DNA from: Candidatus Iainarchaeum sp.
GTDB taxonomy: Archaea; Iainarchaeota; Iainarchaeia; Iainarchaeales; Iainarchaeaceae
Direction: 5' to 3'
NCBI GenBank assembly: GCA_038895675.1
Contig: JAWANB010000020.1
Span: 1 to 16,081 of the forward strand
DNA length: 16,081 bases
A program made the position numbers and the translations under genes. The first letter of the stretch is position 1; each line of letters opens with the position of its first letter. The notes below the pieces were generated by a model that saw only the letters and a list, made by a program, of their open reading frames with translations, searched no databases and was not told the origin of the DNA. Of this stretch, positions 14,825 through 16,081 are shown piece after piece.

Positions 14825-15360
14825 TGAGCGAAAAAAAAACGGAAGAAAGACTGATAGTCAGAATAGCAGGAATTGACTTAGATGGAAGAAAAAGTATTGA
14901 GAGGGCACTCACAAAAATAAAAGGAGTGGGCATTAGGATGGGTAAAAACATTGCAATAGCATTTGAAGAACTTACTGGCATACCGCACAATACCAAACTT
15001 GGTTTGTTGGATGAAGAAAAATCAAAAAAGTTGGAAGAAATAGTTTTGGCTCCACAAAAATTTAACATTCCAGAATGGAATTTGAATAGAAGAAAGGACT
15101 TTTACACAGGAGAAAGCACTCACAAAGTAATGTCTGAACTTGACTTGGCTTTAAGAGAAGACTTGTCAAGACTCAAAGAAATTAAAAGCTATAGAGGCCT
15201 AAGACACCAATGGGGATTGCCTGTTAGAGGCCAAAGAACAAAATCAACGCATAGAGGTAAAGGCAACGTAGTAGGAGTAATGAAGAAAGAAGTGACGAAA
15301 GCAGCTGCACCTAAACCGGCTCAAAAACAAGAAGCAAAAAAACAGGAGAAGAAAAAGTAA
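14821..15360 (+). CDS. rps13: 30S ribosomal protein uS13
   Basis: IVRIAGIDLDG, ALT.IKGVG, IPEW.LNRRKD..TG, SYRGLRH.WGLPVRGQRTKS; A/K/Q-rich C-terminal tail. Confidence 0.97.
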   Translation: MMSEKKTEERLIVRIAGIDLDGRKSIERALTKIKGVGIRMGKNIAIAFEELTGIPHNTKLGLLDEEKSKKLEEIVLAPQKFNIPEWNLNRRKDFYTGESTHKVMSELDLALREDLSRLKEIKSYRGLRHQWGLPVRGQRTKSTHRGKGNVVGVMKKEVTKAAAPKPAQKQEAKKQEKKK

Positions 15361-15370
15361 AGGTGATTAA

Positions 15371-15943
15371 ATGGGAGACCCTGCAAAAAAAAGGAAAATG
15401 TATAAAAACCCAAGAAAGCAATGGGATAAAGAACTTCTTGAGGAAGAAAGAAAATTGTTGGACTTTTATGGTTTAAAGAATAAAAGAGAATTAAGAAGAG
15501 TTCAAACGTGGCTTAGAAACAAAAAGAAACAAGCGAGAGAACTATTGGCTTTGCCTTTAGAAAAAAGAACTCAAAGAGAAGCAGAATTAATGAGCAGTCT
15601 CTCAAAAATAGGTTTAGCAAAAGAAGGAACCACTATAGATGACGTGCTTGGCTTAAAAATAGAAGAAGTGCTTGAAAGAAGATTACAAACTTATGTTTAT
15701 AGAAAAGGCTTTGCTAACTCGACAAAACAGGCAAGACAATTTATTACTCATGGCCATATTGCTATAAATTCAAAGAAAATAACTACCCCATCATACCTTG
15801 TACCTTTGTCAGAAGTCGATAGAATAGGATGGTATAGAAAGCAAATAAAAATTGAAAATCACGAAACTAAAAAATCAAGAGAAGAAATAAAAAAAGAATT
15901 TGAAGAAGCAAAAGGGGAAGAAGTAGAAGGTGAAATACAATGA
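15371..15943 (+). CDS. rps4: 30S ribosomal protein uS4
   Basis: MGDP.K.RK.Y..P...[40 protein letters not shown]-like AGGTGA. Confidence 0.97.
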   Translation: MGDPAKKRKMYKNPRKQWDKELLEEERKLLDFYGLKNKRELRRVQTWLRNKKKQARELLALPLEKRTQREAELMSSLSKIGLAKEGTTIDDVLGLKIEEVLERRLQTYVYRKGFANSTKQARQFITHGHIAINSKKITTPSYLVPLSEVDRIGWYRKQIKIENHETKKSREEIKKEFEEAKGEEVEGEIQ

Positions 15944-16081
15944 CTAAAACTGGAATAATCCATATTTATGCTTCACATAATAACACGATAATAGTTCTTA
16001 CAGATATTACTGGAGCTGAAACAATTGCAAAGTGTAGCGGTGGCATGGTTGTAAAATCACAGCATAAAGAAGGTTCTCCTT
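15940..16081 (+). CDS. rps11: 30S ribosomal protein uS11 (5' part, truncated by the window end); not in the ORF track
   Basis: Manual translation [51 protein letters not shown] overlap with the uS4 stop. Confidence 0.95.
   Translation, partial: MTKTGIIHIYASHNNTIIVLTDITGAETIAKCSGGMVVKSQHKEGSP

Noticed and set aside
433..15068. Numerous minus-strand ORFs (e.g. 7438-8073, 4179-4703, 5712-6155) and the +strand 8386-8568 ORF
   Set aside because: All overlap well-identified r-protein genes. The minus-strand ones are F/L/S-rich shadows of A-rich coding sequence with no family motifs.
511..16081. Inteins, introns, frameshifts, stop-codon recoding or inserted accessory genes within the operon
   Set aside because: All genes are intact and near the expected length under the standard code. 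TAA, TAG and TGA all act as stops at the expected ends, and every ORF maps to a known member of the cluster.

Overview
Archaeal ribosomal-protein superoperon, all on the + strand: uL3-uL4-uL23-uL2-uS19-uL22-uS3-uL29-aIF1(SUI1)-Rnp1-uS17-uL14-uL24-eS4-uL5-uS14-uS8-uL6-eL32-eL19-uL18-uS5-uL30-uL15-SecY-DUF106(EMC3/TMCO1)-eL34-eL14-uS13-uS4-uS11 (uS11 runs off the window). uS14 and uS11 are missing from the supplied ORF track and were translated by hand. The archaeal/eukaryote-type proteins (eS4, eL32, eL19, eL34, eL14, Rnp1) make this an archaeon. Divergent proteins, AT richness, the absence of adk and cmk from their usual positions and direct joining to the S13-S4-S11 block suggest a streamlined DPANN-type genome (inference only). 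The coding part is housekeeping. The unexplained structure is in the 510-bp non-coding region upstream of uL3: a 53-bp tandem repeat array ending in a long hairpin, a TATA-like segment, a second similar hairpin, and a ~110-nt multi-stem leader with two mutually exclusive pairings just ahead of the uL3 start (candidate r-protein leader or switch). Secondary observations include a T-ending to A-ending synonymous codon shift along the operon, loss of Zn-ligand cysteines in aIF1 and eL34, a lengthened uL4 tunnel loop, a Met-Ile-stop micro-ORF bridging uL22 and uS3, and a candidate internal promoter after secY.
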